A DNA stretch of 64,000 bases from Mobula birostris (lineage: Eukaryota). Below, piece after piece: positions 11,098 through 23,210 of this stretch. The translations under genes were made by a program, and so were the position numbers. Positions within the stretch are counted from its first letter, which is position 1. The number at the start of each line of letters is the position of its first letter. The DNA lies in contig NC_092382.1 in the NCBI RefSeq assembly GCF_030028105.1, forward strand, positions 20,377,792 to 20,441,791. Reading direction: 5' to 3'. Below the pieces are notes generated by a model. It saw nothing but the letters and a program-made list of their open reading frames with translations. It was not told the origin of the DNA and made no database searches.

Positions 11098-12590
11098 TAT
11101 CAAAGACCGCTTATTCTGACATGCCGGCCTCTGATACATTCCTATTGTTCCGCCCGATACACTGAAACATCTCAGCCGAGCAATCACCAAAAGGTTCTTT
11201 CCGTGCTTAAAAGAGCAGGGACTCTTTCTTTCACCGGACACATCTATTATCGTCCAGAGGGCATAGTGGCAGAAGTGTTTTTGAGTGAAGAACAGAATGA
11301 GCGATTTAAATTGCCAAACCTAACCTCTCATATCACTGGAGCCATCAAACTCCCCGCAAATCCTGAACTACTTGGACCCGTGCTTCAGACTTTACAGGAG
11401 TTAAACTCACGCAGTGTATAACTCTGCCTAATACTAATGCTACTCGGCAACTTCATTCCGCTCAGGCTGGTTGAATAACATTTGCCCCTTACATCGATAA
11501 AACTAAGTTTGACCTGTCAGTGCGTCCTGCTTTGCCTGAGCATATTGCACAATTGTTGTTATTGAAGATACCTCCCTCCCTGTGGGCGATAAACAAAGAT
11601 CATGTGGAACTCGTATATTCCGCCCCGCCTCACGAAGACCAGTGCTATACGATCCTCTGTACGGCAATATAATTTGTCACCGGCGGCAGGAGAAGTTATC
11701 AAGTCTGTCATTGAATCAGGAAGGTCTGGTACCAACCTATAGTCCCTGTAATTCTCCTAGTTTACCAGTTCCGAAAGCAGGTCGTGATAATGAGTGACGA
11801 TTTGTACAAGAACTAAGGGCTATTAACAAGAAAGTTGTATACCTCTTCCTCCCACCGTAGCCAATACTAACGTCATCTCCATATTCCTGCCGCATCTGCA
11901 TGTTTTTTTTTCTGTTATAGACCCTGTTCTGCCTTTTTCTCCATCCCTTTACATAAGGATAGTCAGCATTTGTTTGCTTTCACTTACAGTGCTGGACAGT
12001 GATCTGGGACCAGGTTGCATCATGGGTAAACTGACAGCCCCTGGGTTTATGCCGCAGCGGTCACAGGAGATTTAAACACCCTCCGGTTGCCAGGGCAAAG
12101 TAGAATTTTACAAAGTGCCGATTATCTGCTTATTCTCTCCCCTGTCCCCGTTAATTGTGAAAAAGATATTGTTGCTTTATTGACAAACCTGGCTGAAAAA
12201 GGACACAAAGTATCCCTCAATAGATTGCAGCTTTGTCAGCCCACTCTACAATATTTCGGACACACGCTTTCTCAAGGAACAGAGCAACTTACCAAAGAAC
12301 GAATTGCCGCTTTTATTAATGCACCGCCTCCCTGCACCCGAAGTGAAATGCTTCCTGTTTTGGGAATGGCCAATTACTGTAGACATTGTATTCCTGAAGA
12401 TCGAATGATGGAGTCTCCTCTTCGACGAGCCTCATTACCGAACATGTCTGCCGAAATACAGTGGACTCAGGAAATGAACACAGCCTTTCAAGCTCTTAAC
12501 ACCGCTTTGTCAACCCTCCCTGCTTTGGGCATATCTGACTATCCAGCTCTTTTCCAATTAATTGTAAATGAAGAGCAAGGATTTCATTAA
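11098..12590 (+). mobile_element. Class I (epsilon-like) endogenous retrovirus pol relic: 2H-phosphodiesterase-like region plus RT/connection
   Basis: SPCNSPSLPVPK, RFVQELRAIN, AFFSIPLHKDSQHLFAFTY, LAEKGHKVS..RLQLCQ, LGMANYCR, ALSTLPALG; YVDD decayed to SADY; many stops and frameshifts. Confidence 0.85.
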
Positions 12591-12614
12591 AACCTGTGTG
12601 GATGAGTGTATGCC

Positions 12615-12715
12615 TGCTAAATCTTACTGATGAAGGTGTCTAGGACCTGACCTGCTGAGCTCTTCCACGATTTTTTATGTATTACTCTGATTTCCAGCTC
12701 TGCACATTTTCTCTT
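12615..12715 (+). mobile_element. Penelope pLTR fragment
   Basis: ctgatgaagg...cctgacctgctgagctcttcca...tttccagctctgca; same family as 39145-39275. Confidence 0.6.
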
Positions 12716-12924
12716 GTTTGTGATGAGACAGACGGCAATTAACGAAAGAAGGACATGAGCTGCATACAGACAACACAGTCAACCTCAGGTTATTACCATC
12801 TGTGGAATGCGATGGACTAGTCATTTAATCTTACCAGGTAGTTATGCTGTAGTCAGTAAGCCACTCAATCTGATTGGGTTTCAATGAGCCAAAACTGGAA
12901 TGAATGTTTGGCAGTGTGGAGGAT

Positions 12925-13570
12925 CAATAGACAATAAACAATAGACAATAGGTGCTGGAGTCGGCTATTCGGCCCTTCGAGCCAACACTGCCATTCACTG
13001 TGATCATGGCTGATCATCCACTATCAGTATCCAGATCCTGTCTTGTCCCATAACCCTTTGATTCCGCTATCTTTAAGAGCTCTATCCATCTCTTTCTTGG
13101 AAATATCCAGAAACTTGGTCTCCACAGCCTTCTGGGGTAGCGCATTCCATATATCCACTACTCTCTGTGTAAAAAAGTCTTTCCTCAACTCCGTGCTAAA
13201 TGGCCTACCCCTTATTCTTAAACTGTGGCCTCTGGTTCTGGACTCACCCATCAGGCATGCTTCCTGCCTCCAGCGTGTCCAATCCCTTAATAATCTTATA
13301 TGTTTCAATAATATCCCCCTCAGCCTTCTAAATTCCAGAGTATACAAGCCCAGTCGCTCCAATCTTTCGACATATGACAGTCCCGCCATCCCGGGAATTA
13401 ACCTTGTGAACCTACGCTGCACTCCTTCAATAGCAAGAATGCCCTTCCTCAAATTTGGAGACCAAAACTGAACACGATACCCTAGGTGTGGTCTCACCAG
13501 AGCCCTGTATAGCTGCAGAAGTACCTCTTTGCTCCTATACTCAATTCCCCTTGTTATGAAGGCCATCATG
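12925..13570 (-). mobile_element. CR1 3' portion
   Basis: LLQLYRALVRPHL...QRRFTRLIPG...; (caatagac)n tail at 12925-12950. Confidence 0.9.
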
Positions 13571-13574
13571 CCAT

Positions 13575-14260
13575 TACCTGATCAAAGGGATCTTGAGGTC
13601 CGAGTTCATACGCCACTCAAAGCTGCTGCGCAGGTTGACAGTGTGGTCAAGAAGGCATACAGTGCATTGCCCTTCATCAACTGTGGGACTGAGTTTAGGA
13701 TCCGAGAAGTAATGTTACAGCTATATAGGACCTTGTTCAGACTCCACCTGGAATACTGTGCGCAGTTCTGGTTATCACACTACAGGAAGGATATGGAAAC
13801 TATTAAACAAAGGTGCAGAGGAGATTTGCAGGGATGTTGCCTCGATTGGGGAAAATGCCATATAAGAATAGGTCGAGTAAATTTGGCCTTTTCTCCATGG
13901 AGCGACTGAAGTTGATTGGTGACCTTATGGAGGTGTATAAGATGTGAGGCACATTGATCGTGTGGATAGTCAGAGGGTTTGTCCCAGGGCTGAAATAGAT
14001 AACTCGCGGGGGCACAGTTTTACGGTGCTTGGAAGTAGGCGCAGAGGAGATATCAGCGGTAAGTTTGTTACATCGTGAGTGGTGAGTGCGTGGAATGGGC
14101 TGCCCGCGACGGTGGTGGAGTCAGATACGACAGAGCCTTTTAAGAGACTCCTGTATGGGCACATGGAGCTTGGAAAACTAACGGGCTATGGGTAATCGGA
14201 GGAAACGTCTAAAGTAAGTACACGTTTGTGGAGTAGGTTTACTCCGTCTGCATGTTTCTA
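13575..14260 (+). mobile_element. CR1 3' portion (different subfamily)
   Basis: DQRDLEVRVH..LK...VKKAYSAL, LYRTLFRLHLEYCAQFW. Confidence 0.88.
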
Positions 14261-14833
14261 AGGCTCTTGGAATTGAGACTGTTATTGCGTTCACGTGGTG
14301 GTCGGAGATGGGATTTAATACTTCCGTATCATTGCAAATATTATTAATTAGAAATTGTTGAGTTACTAATAACTGGCCCATGGTGCGCAAATCTATTCTG
14401 CGCTCGAATAGTTACCCGTCGTGTCAACTTCCGTCAAACCTCGAGCGAGAATAATCACAGCTGATCGGTTGCAGGACAGACATCAGCGAGACGGAACTGG
14501 AAATGCAACAGAGGGAGTAGTGTTCCGTCAGAAAGCGGTACAGCACCTTGTAAAGTAATTCAGCGGCATTTTTTTTGGCTTGCCGCATCAGATAATCAAT
14601 GTAAAAGGTACACTGTTCTAATCCTCAGACACGAGGTATCTGACCTTTTTATTTACCCTTGTGATGAACGGTAAGCATAGATGACTGAAATATTAATGAA
14701 TATTTTAACCCACCGTATCTTACAAGCTGAGCGTCTCCGGTAATTTATGTTTCAATTCGAATTTCCAGTATCATTCTTTTTCACCAAAAATCGATTATAC
14801 TTTCAGATAGAACTGAGTTAGTTCAGAGAGAGA

Positions 14834-14972
14834 NNNNNNNNNNNNNNNNNNNNNNNNNNNNNNNNNNNNNNNNNNNNNNNNNNNNNNNNNNNNNNNNNNN
14901 NNNNNNNNNNNNNNNNNNNNNNNNNNNNNNNNNNNNNNNNNNNNNNNNNNNNNNNNNNNNNNNNNNNNNNNN
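14834..14972. other. Assembly gap (N run)
   Basis: 139 Ns following a (GA)n run. Confidence 0.99.
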
Positions 14973-15811
14973 GGCTTTGGAAGTTCTCTGAAGTTTTGCA
15001 TGCATTTATTATCAGTGTAGATATATGTTCCTACCTACTGCAATGCGGATTATTTTGTTCAGTAGAGCATCAGACAGGGAGAAGCATAGCACAGAAGGAG
15101 AGGGAAGGAAACAGACTCTCACGCGTCCTTGGGATGGGAACAGAGATGCAGACGGAGTTATGCGCGGACAAAGAGGGAGCAGTCGGCAGATGGAGACAGA
15201 AGTTAAAAAAAAAGAAAACAAAAACACATTTGAGCCGCTATGTTGCAGTCGGAACATGTCTCCCTCATGGTGAAACTCACCAATCTAAACTGGTGTAATG
15301 TATCAGTGTGGGAGAAGAACTAAGCGGGGGTGTTTATGGGGGATCACGTGCATCCTGAGAGAGATTGTGAATAAAATACTGGGAGCGTCACTAACAGAGA
15401 GAATCAGAAACAGTGGAGAGGATGGAGAGAAAAGACCGGATCCATCTTGACTGGACAATCCCGGAGCAAAACGCTGTGACCATCACCTGAAGGAAGAATG
15501 AGAATAACGGAGAGAATGAAAATAAAACGGGAGGGACTTGACTGGACCGTCCCGGACAGTTTCCGAGTTCTACAGAGCGTCCATCGGGGTCAATTACAGC
15601 TGCGATGATCCTTACACATTTGACATGAATGTGATGAGGGGCAAATGTCATTTCTACAGTATAGACAGCGAGTGAAATATATCACCACTAAATGCACGCG
15701 TATTTCAGAGCGCTCAGTTGTTAGCCGTGGTTCTGCCTATCGGCAAGTGGATAGCTTATAGAGGAAACATGACGATTGATTTAATTCCATTGCAGAAACC
15801 AGCTGGTTGCT

Positions 15812-16713
15812 CTATGATTTAACGAATTTGGGTAACAGTTTCAGCGGGTATTTCACCGCGTTCTTCAGCTGCTGTCTGAACTTGCTCTGAGTCACGGCGT
15901 AAATACACGTGTTGCTGCAGGAGCTGAGGATCTGCAGCATCGTCGCCGCGGACTCTGCGATGTAAATCGGATCAATGTCCGAATAAACGGTAATGTTTGC
16001 AATCCGTCGGTAGATATCAAATACCAGCCGCGTTAACCATAGGAATATAAAACTACCGGTTATACTGAATAGCAAAACGACCGATTTCCTGCGGTTCTCC
16101 ATCTCCGGGTCCTTGTCTTCCTTTCCGTTGCTGCGGCCCCGGAGCCCCCTCCGGACTTTACTGGCGGAAAAGATCCGTCTAACTGTCAGAGAATTGAACA
16201 ATAAAATCAGAATAAATGGCAGACAAGGCATGAAAATGCGATGAATAATCTGAAGTGCGGCCCACGAGGGGGACGTATAGAAGCTCGCTTTGGTCAAGCA
16301 GCCATAGGAAACTCCATTAATTATCAACGAAGACTCAAATGTAAAGTAGAAAGGGATACTTTCCAAACACCCCAGCACACTGACTGTCCCGATAACCACA
16401 GCCGCCGTTCTTTCGGTACAATATTTTGTTTTCAGCTTTTCACAACAAATGGCCACAAATCTGTCAAAGGTGAACGCGATTGTCAGCCAGACAGAGATCC
16501 CGGTGCTTGCTAAAAGTAGACAACAAACGACCCTACAAACGGGAGTCCTATTGAGAATAGAATACTTAAAGTATATGTAAACAGTCCATTTCAGCAGAGG
16601 GTCAGAGATAACGACCAGGAGATCGGCTGCTGCCATTCCCAGCAGGTAGCGAGTGATACATTTGGAGAGACCGCACTTTCCTCGGGCCAGGATGACAATC
16701 GCCACTACGTTCA
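15812..16713 (-). CDS. Orphan GPCR B, GPR139/GPR142-like, exon 2
   Basis: Acceptor ctcttgcag|TG AAC. Intact 7TM with GKCGLSKCITRYL, DRF, YCTERTA, DPEMENRRKS, CSNTCIY, TQSKFRQQLK. Spliced product is 323 aa. Confidence 0.92.
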
Positions 16714-17425
16714 CTGCAAGAGGGAGGGAAGGAAGCAGAGAAATTACTGACTAGTCAGGGAAATAGAGCAGCAGTTTGTCAGAATCTAATTAGACCTTAT
16801 ATTATTTTTCTTCCAAGGTGGAAACCGAACCCAAAACACATGAAGCCGCTGACAGTGCGCATTATCGGCGCGACACAGAATTTGCCGCGAGTTTTGTAAA
16901 TGGGTTAAGTCTGGGGGAATTTCCAAAAGCGACAGGATAGCGGCTTAAGTGCCCCATCGGCGCAGTAAGGGATTGACATTAAATATCAGCATCATTGCCT
17001 CTGAGCAGAACAGGAATGAAATGAAATCCACATCTGCACTTCCTTCTGCTCACATCTCTAAAATAAATGTGCCTTTCGCGTTGTCCCATCACCCAGTGAC
17101 GCAATTCACAGGCAGTTCCTACCGACAGAACTACAGAGGGACGGCTGGTTCCCACACATGTAGTGCAGCCCGGTGTCCTCGTGTGCAGACATTTCAATTC
17201 ACAGTTATTCCATGACATCCAGGCAGCATAAGGAGGCACCTTGGCTTCAATATGCAACGATGTCTGCTGCTAAAGCAATGGGATTAATATAGTCAGCGCC
17301 TTCCGCCCATGACTGAAATGCGGGCACTGGACAGGTGTCTGTGGAAACAAGTAGCGAGAGAAACACTTCAGCACATCGGAATGAACTCTCAGTTTCTGCT
17401 GTTTGCAGGTGTGACAGCGGTTTAC

Positions 17426-17495
17426 CGGGAATTCCAACGGCTGAAATAACTGGGTGGTAAATGTCTTCAATCCGCCAGATTACCGGATATCCCAT
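17426..17495 (-). CDS. GPCR B exon 1 (MGYPVIWRIEDIYHPVISAVGIP + G)
   Basis: Strong Kozak caaATGG; 70 nt ending CCC G|GTAAAC; phase 1 joins exon 2 in frame; TM1-start motif IYHP...GIP. Confidence 0.88.
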
Positions 17496-17578
17496 TTGAG
17501 TGAGGCAGTGAACGCTATTGCTCTGAATTCCACAGCTCGACAAGACACTCTGGGCTGACGTACTGCAACAGGCTCTGA

Positions 17579-17652
17579 TTTATACCGGGGATCAATCTCC
17601 AGTGACAAGGTCCCACCTCTGCCCATTGTTACTGATCAAACAAATTACATCA
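17579..17652 (-). promoter_or_regulatory. Putative core promoter of GPCR B (TATAAA 17579-17584; TGATGTAAT 17644-17652)
   Basis: TATA about 85 nt upstream of the ATG with no intervening ATG; C/EBP-ATF-like element further upstream. Confidence 0.55.
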
Positions 17653-18123
17653 CCGGCAGTGTCTCAGCTTCAAATGCTGTGGGCATGTAACACGAACACG
17701 TCAATACCATTAACATTAACTCAGTCAGATCCCACTGTGTCATTCCATCCAATGCGCAATGAGACCAGCAGGTGAACAATAAGTGGCTTCATTCACAAAG
17801 TTTACACAGTTGTATTGGCAGTGGTCAGGACTGCTCTTATTTTCCAACCAGAAACTTTCACTGTGGTTCTCTTTCCACAAGCATTCCGGAATCGATGTTT
17901 CCAGCATTTGCGGCAATTTTCACTGTCACGCCTGCTGTTTCATCTACAAATAAATCCCGCTTCCCCTCAGTGTGCTCTGGATCCGGGGACACATGAAAAT
18001 CCCTCTCAGTCTCCTCCTGCTGAACTCAGGTCAATGTCATTCACTTTCTTCTTTTCATTCAGCAGCTCCACTTTGGCCTGTCAGCTATTCAACCCACCCC
18101 ATCCCGTCCCACTATGTGCCACC

Positions 18124-19328
18124 ATATAAAACATACCCGCTGTGTACACAGTGAACACAGACACTCTGTCCAGTTCTCCATCAGGTATAAAACATACCCG
18201 CTGTGTACACAGACACTCTGTCCGGTTCTCCATCAGATATAAAACACACCCGCTGTGTACACAGACACTCTGTCCGGTTCTCCATCAGACATATAACATT
18301 CCCGCTGTGTACACAGACACACTGTCCGGTTCCCCATCAGATATAAAACACACCCGCTGTGTACACAGACACTCGGTCTGGTTCCCCATCAGATATAAAA
18401 CACACCCGCTGTGTACACAGACACTCTGTCCGGTTCTCCATCAGATATAAAACATACCCGCTGTGTACACAGACACTCTGTCCGGTTCTCCATCAGATAT
18501 AAAACACACCCGCTGTGTACACAGACACTCTGTCCGGTTCTCCATCAGATATAAAACATACCCGCTGTGTACACAGACACTCTGTCCGGTTCTCCATCAG
18601 ATATAAAACACACCCGCTGTGTACACAGAAACTCTGTCCGGTTCTCCATCAGATATAAAACACACCCGCTGTGTACACAGACACTCTGTCCGGTTCTCCA
18701 TCAGATATAAAACACACCCGCTGTGTACACAGACACTCTGTCCGGTTCTCCATCAGATATAAAACATACCCGCTGTGTACACAGACACTCTGTCCGGTTC
18801 CCCATCAGATATAAAACATACCCGCTGTGTACACAGACACTCTGTCCGGTTCCCCATCAGATATAAAACACACCCGCTGTGTACACAGACACTCTGTCCG
18901 GTTCCCCATCAGATATAAAACATACCCGCTGTGTTCACAGACACTCTGTCCGGTTCCCCATCAGATATAAAACATACCCGCTGTGTACACAGACACTCTG
19001 TCCGGTTCCCCATCAGATATAAAACATACCCGCTGTGTACACAGACACTCTGTCCGGTTCTCCATCAGATATAAAACACACCCGCTGTGTACACAGACAC
19101 TCTGTCCGGTTCTCCATCAGATATAAAACATACCCGCTGTGTACACAGACACTCTGTCCGGTTCTCCATCAGATATAAAACATACCCGCTGTGTACACAG
19201 ACACTCTGTCCGGTTCCCCATCAGATATAAAACACACCCGCTGTGTACACAGACACTCTGTCCGGTTCTCCATCAGATATAAAACATACCCGCTGTGTGC
19301 ACAGACACTCTGTCCAGTTCTCCATCAG
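18124..19328. repeat. 52-bp minisatellite, about 23 units
   Basis: Unit atataaaaca(t/c)acccgctgtgtacacagacactctgtccggttc(t/c)ccatcag; exact 52-bp period over 18185-19328 (22 units) plus a longer first unit. Confidence 0.97.
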
Positions 19329-19898
19329 CCCTGGACGACATCAATGATTACGTCACTTGATCAACTTCCCCGGCATAATACTTATTTTCGATCAACTGAA
19401 TTCGGAGATTTCCATGGTTCCCTCCATCTCTCAAACCATCTTCTCCACATCTGTAGTATCTGTGTGTGTGTGTGTGTGTTTACAAGCACCTATTACACAT
19501 TCTTTTAAGCAAAGGAATAAAATTTCCGACTAGTGCCGTGGATTTTGAAGCGGTGAAGTAACGGAGAAAGGCGCTGCTGAATCTACCTGAGGAACGGTTG
19601 GAGGCTGAAATACTGCGGCGTTTAATTAGCTGTAGAAATATAATGGGCTGATAAGGCTGCATTCCCTGGCCTGTGGGTTACGAGCACCAAAATCAGCACG
19701 TTTCTGTCCAGTGTAAATACCGGCATGATATTTTCGATCATGTATAGATTCAACTCCGTAAACAGATGTCTTCATCTCCTGCTTATCATAAAATAGCTGT
19801 GTGCTTGGGATTATCTCCACAGTGCCCTGCTAGTAATTCATGTAATACCGCCAACAATGGCCACACACCAAATAAATTTAAATTAGAAACCATTATCA

Positions 19899-19901
19899 CC
19901 A

Positions 19902-19956
<55 letters not shown>

Positions 19957-20106
19957 CTCACAATTAGAAACATACACACACACATACACATTTTCTCCAT
20001 CTCTCTCTGGAACACACAACTTCCTCAGTCTCTCATATATATCCTCCATCTATCTTTCTCTCTAACTCTCTCTCTCTCTCTCTCTCTCTCCCTCTCCCTC
20101 TCCCTC
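19899..20106. repeat. (CA)n and (CT)n microsatellites
   Basis: (CA)n about 19899-19954 and (CT)n about 20066-20106; a (TG)n also lies at 19461-19479. Confidence 0.95.
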
Positions 20107-20679
20107 TGTCGATCTCTCCCCAGTTATTCGCCGATGGCCCTGCTCATGCCTTTATATCCCGTCACTGAACGCGTTAAACAATATATTTCACGGTTGGGTC
20201 TGCATATCATTCAAGGGACAGAACAAAAACCCGAAGTGACATTGAAACAGTCGCAGGTCCATGTTACAGAAACAGGAGATATTCACAGCAGAATGAGAGA
20301 TAAAAAAGAGCAATAAGTTGGAAGAACATGGAGTAATAGCTCAGTCTGCTGGCGAGAAAAGGATTCATGATGCAATAGGTTTTAAGCAGATAATGAGGAG
20401 AGGATTGACATGAAATTCACGTAAATCACGGATTAGTGAGAGAGAACGACAGCAGTGCAGAGACAATCAACAAACGGGAGACATTCAGTCGGATAATACG
20501 AGAGTGTGTTTTCAGTCTCTACCTGCTTGTCGCAGGTATAGTGCGGTTCATACAGAACCCACCGATCTCAACGCACTGTGAGAGTGTGGGGTTCATTCTG
20601 TAGAAATCAGACCCTGTTACTGACTGAGAGGGAGTGGTTCGGTAGTTGTCACTCTCTGGTTCAGTTGGAGTGTATGCAT

Positions 20680-20980
20680 TTCATTCTGTATCTGTCAGTC
20701 TCTGTTATAGTGTGAGAGTGTGGGTTTCATTCTGTATCTGTCAGTCTCTGCTACAGTGTGAGAGTGTGGGTTTCATTCTGTATCTGTCAGTCTCTGTTAC
20801 AGTGTGAGGGTGTGGGTTTCATTCTGTATCTGTCAGTCTCTGTTACAGTGTGAGAGTGTGGGTTTCATTCTGTATCTGTCAGTCTCTGCTACAGTGTGAG
20901 AGTGTGGGGTTCATTCTGCATCTGCCAGTCTCTGCTACAATGTGAGAGTGTGGGTTTCATTCTGTTTCTGTCAGTCTCTA
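20680..20980. repeat. 46-bp minisatellite, about 6.5 units
   Basis: Unit tcattctgtatctgtcagtctctgttacagtgtgagagtgtgggtt at 20681, 20727, 20773, 20819, 20865, 20911, 20957; degenerate units upstream. Confidence 0.93.
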
Positions 20981-21159
20981 CTCAAGCATTAAGTGAGTCG
21001 TCTCAATCCTGTACCTGTGAACCTCTGGTTCAGTCTGAGCGTGTGTATTTTTATCTCCATTTCCCGCTTCTCCTCAAATCTAGTAAATACTCTTAAAATA
21101 GATTTTGTATTCCGTGAGCTATTTTTAAAAGAAGAGTCTTCTGCAGATGGTTTGTAAGA

Positions 21160-22570
21160 CAATGAGACCATAAAATATAAGAGCAGAAGCAGGCCATTCG
21201 GCCCATCGAGTCTGTTCCGCCATTCAATCATGAGCTGATCCAATTATTCCAATCATTCCAGCTCCCCTGCTTTCACTCCATATCCTTTGTGCTCTGGCTA
21301 ATCAAGAACCTATCTATTTCTGCCTTAAATACACCCAATGACTTGGCCTCCACAGCAAATCGACAGATTTACCACGCTCTGACTAAGATAGTTTCTCCTC
21401 ATCTCAGTTCTCAAAGTACGTCCTTCAATCTTGAAGTGGTGCCCTGTTGTCCCAGAATCCCCTATCATGGGAAATAACTTTTCGGTATCTCATCTGTTCA
21501 GACATTTTTAACATTCGTAATGTTTCTATGAGATTCCCCTTTCATTCTCCTGAACTCCAGGGAATACAGCCCAAGATCTGCCAGACCTTTCTCATAGGGT
21601 AACCCTTTTATTCCTGGAATTATTCTCGTGAATATTCTCTGAACCCTCTCCAATGTTAGTATATCTTTACCAAAATAAGGAGCCCAAAAACTGCACGCAA
21701 TACTCCAAGTGTGTTCTCACGTGTGATTTATAGATCCTCAAGATCGCATCTCAACATCACACCTGCTTTTTTTATTCTATCCCTCTAGAAATTAGCGCCA
21801 GCATTGCATTCGCCTTCTTCATAACCGACTCAACCTGGAGGTTATCCTTTAGGATATCTTGCACAAGGGCTCTCAAGTCCCTTTGCATCTCTGCATTTTG
21901 AATTCTCTCCCCATCTAAATAACAGCCTGCCCGTTTATTTCCTCCACCAGAGTGCATGAGCATGCACTTTCTATCATTGTATTTCATTTGCCACTTCTTT
22001 GCCCATCCCCCTAAACTATCTAAGTCTCTCTACAGGCTCTCTGTTTTCACAACACTACCCGCTCCTCCACCTATATTTGTATTATCCGCAAATTTATCCA
22101 CAAATCCATTAATACCGTAGTCCACATTATTGACAGACATCGCAAAAAGCAGCGGTCCCAGCACCGACCCCTGCGGAACTCCACTGGTAACCGGCAGCCA
22201 GCCAGAATAGGATCCTTTTACTCCCACTCTCTCTTTTCTGCCGACCAGCCAATGCTCCACCCACGCTGGTAGTTTCCCCTGTAATATCATAGGGTCTTAT
22301 CTTGCTAAGCAGCCTTATGTGCAGCATCTTGTCAAAGGCCTTCTGAAATTCCAAGTACACCTCGTCTACTGCATCTCCTTTGTCTACCGTGCTTGTAATT
22401 TCCTGAGAGATTTGCAGTAGGGTTTGTCAGGCAGGATTTGCCTTTCAGGAAGCCATGTTGGTTTTGGCCTATCTTACCATGTGCCTCCAGGTACTCAGTA
22501 ATCTCATTCCTAACAATCGATTCCAACAACTTCCCAATCGCTGATGTCAGGTTAAAAGGTCCATAGTTTC
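21160..22570 (-). mobile_element. CR1 RT/3' portion
   Basis: [39 protein letters not shown]. Confidence 0.92.
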
Positions 22571-23108
22571 TATATGTTAAAATGGTGAGATGGACCATGC
22601 ATTATGAATGATGACGTTTTACGGAGCAGCACATTCTGCGTAATAGAGTGATATGGCAAACAGACTGTTCGGCCCGACCTCATTCTGCACGTTATTCGTT
22701 GCTCAACCTCATCGAGCCAATTGGGCAGCGCCTGATCCATAAATTTCTACGGCTTGACAACACAAATTCTCAAATGTTGAATTAAAACAAATAAAATAAA
22801 TAAATTAAATTATTTAAATAAATAAGTGCGTAACTATTTTCATAATTTAATCGAAATAAATCTCAGAATCAGCGCGTTTCATGTTCCAGCAGCATTTATA
22901 TGAATACATTTCTCTCAGCAATTCTAAGTTGCTCCCTTCACCGTGTATCTCTGCACTCTTATGTTTGCCGGGTCTGTTATCCGTTCCACTGTGTGCACCA
23001 GAGTTTGAGTTTATTCGAGCGACGTCCCACTTAAATAATATAATATTCATTTCGATTTTCTTGTGACAGCTTCAGGCTGGTCTGCAATATGTCTTGTATA
23101 TTTTTCAT

Positions 23109-23210
23109 GGAGTGTGATGGGACGGTGCGGAAGGAGCTGCACTCTGTGTCCGACTCCGGGAGAGTGTGTGATGGGACAGTGTCGAGGGAGCTTCACTGTT
23201 TTCGGACATC
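23109..23210. repeat. Two units of a short tandem repeat
   Basis: gagtgtgatgggacggtg..gaaggagct..actctgtgtccgac occurs twice. Confidence 0.6.

Noticed and set aside
14795-15005. ORFs spanning X runs
   Set aside because: Artefacts of the assembly gap
18124-19328. CRISPR-like array (regular period with palindromic core)
   Set aside because: Units are identical end to end with no unique spacers, there are no cas genes, and the context is vertebrate; it is a minisatellite
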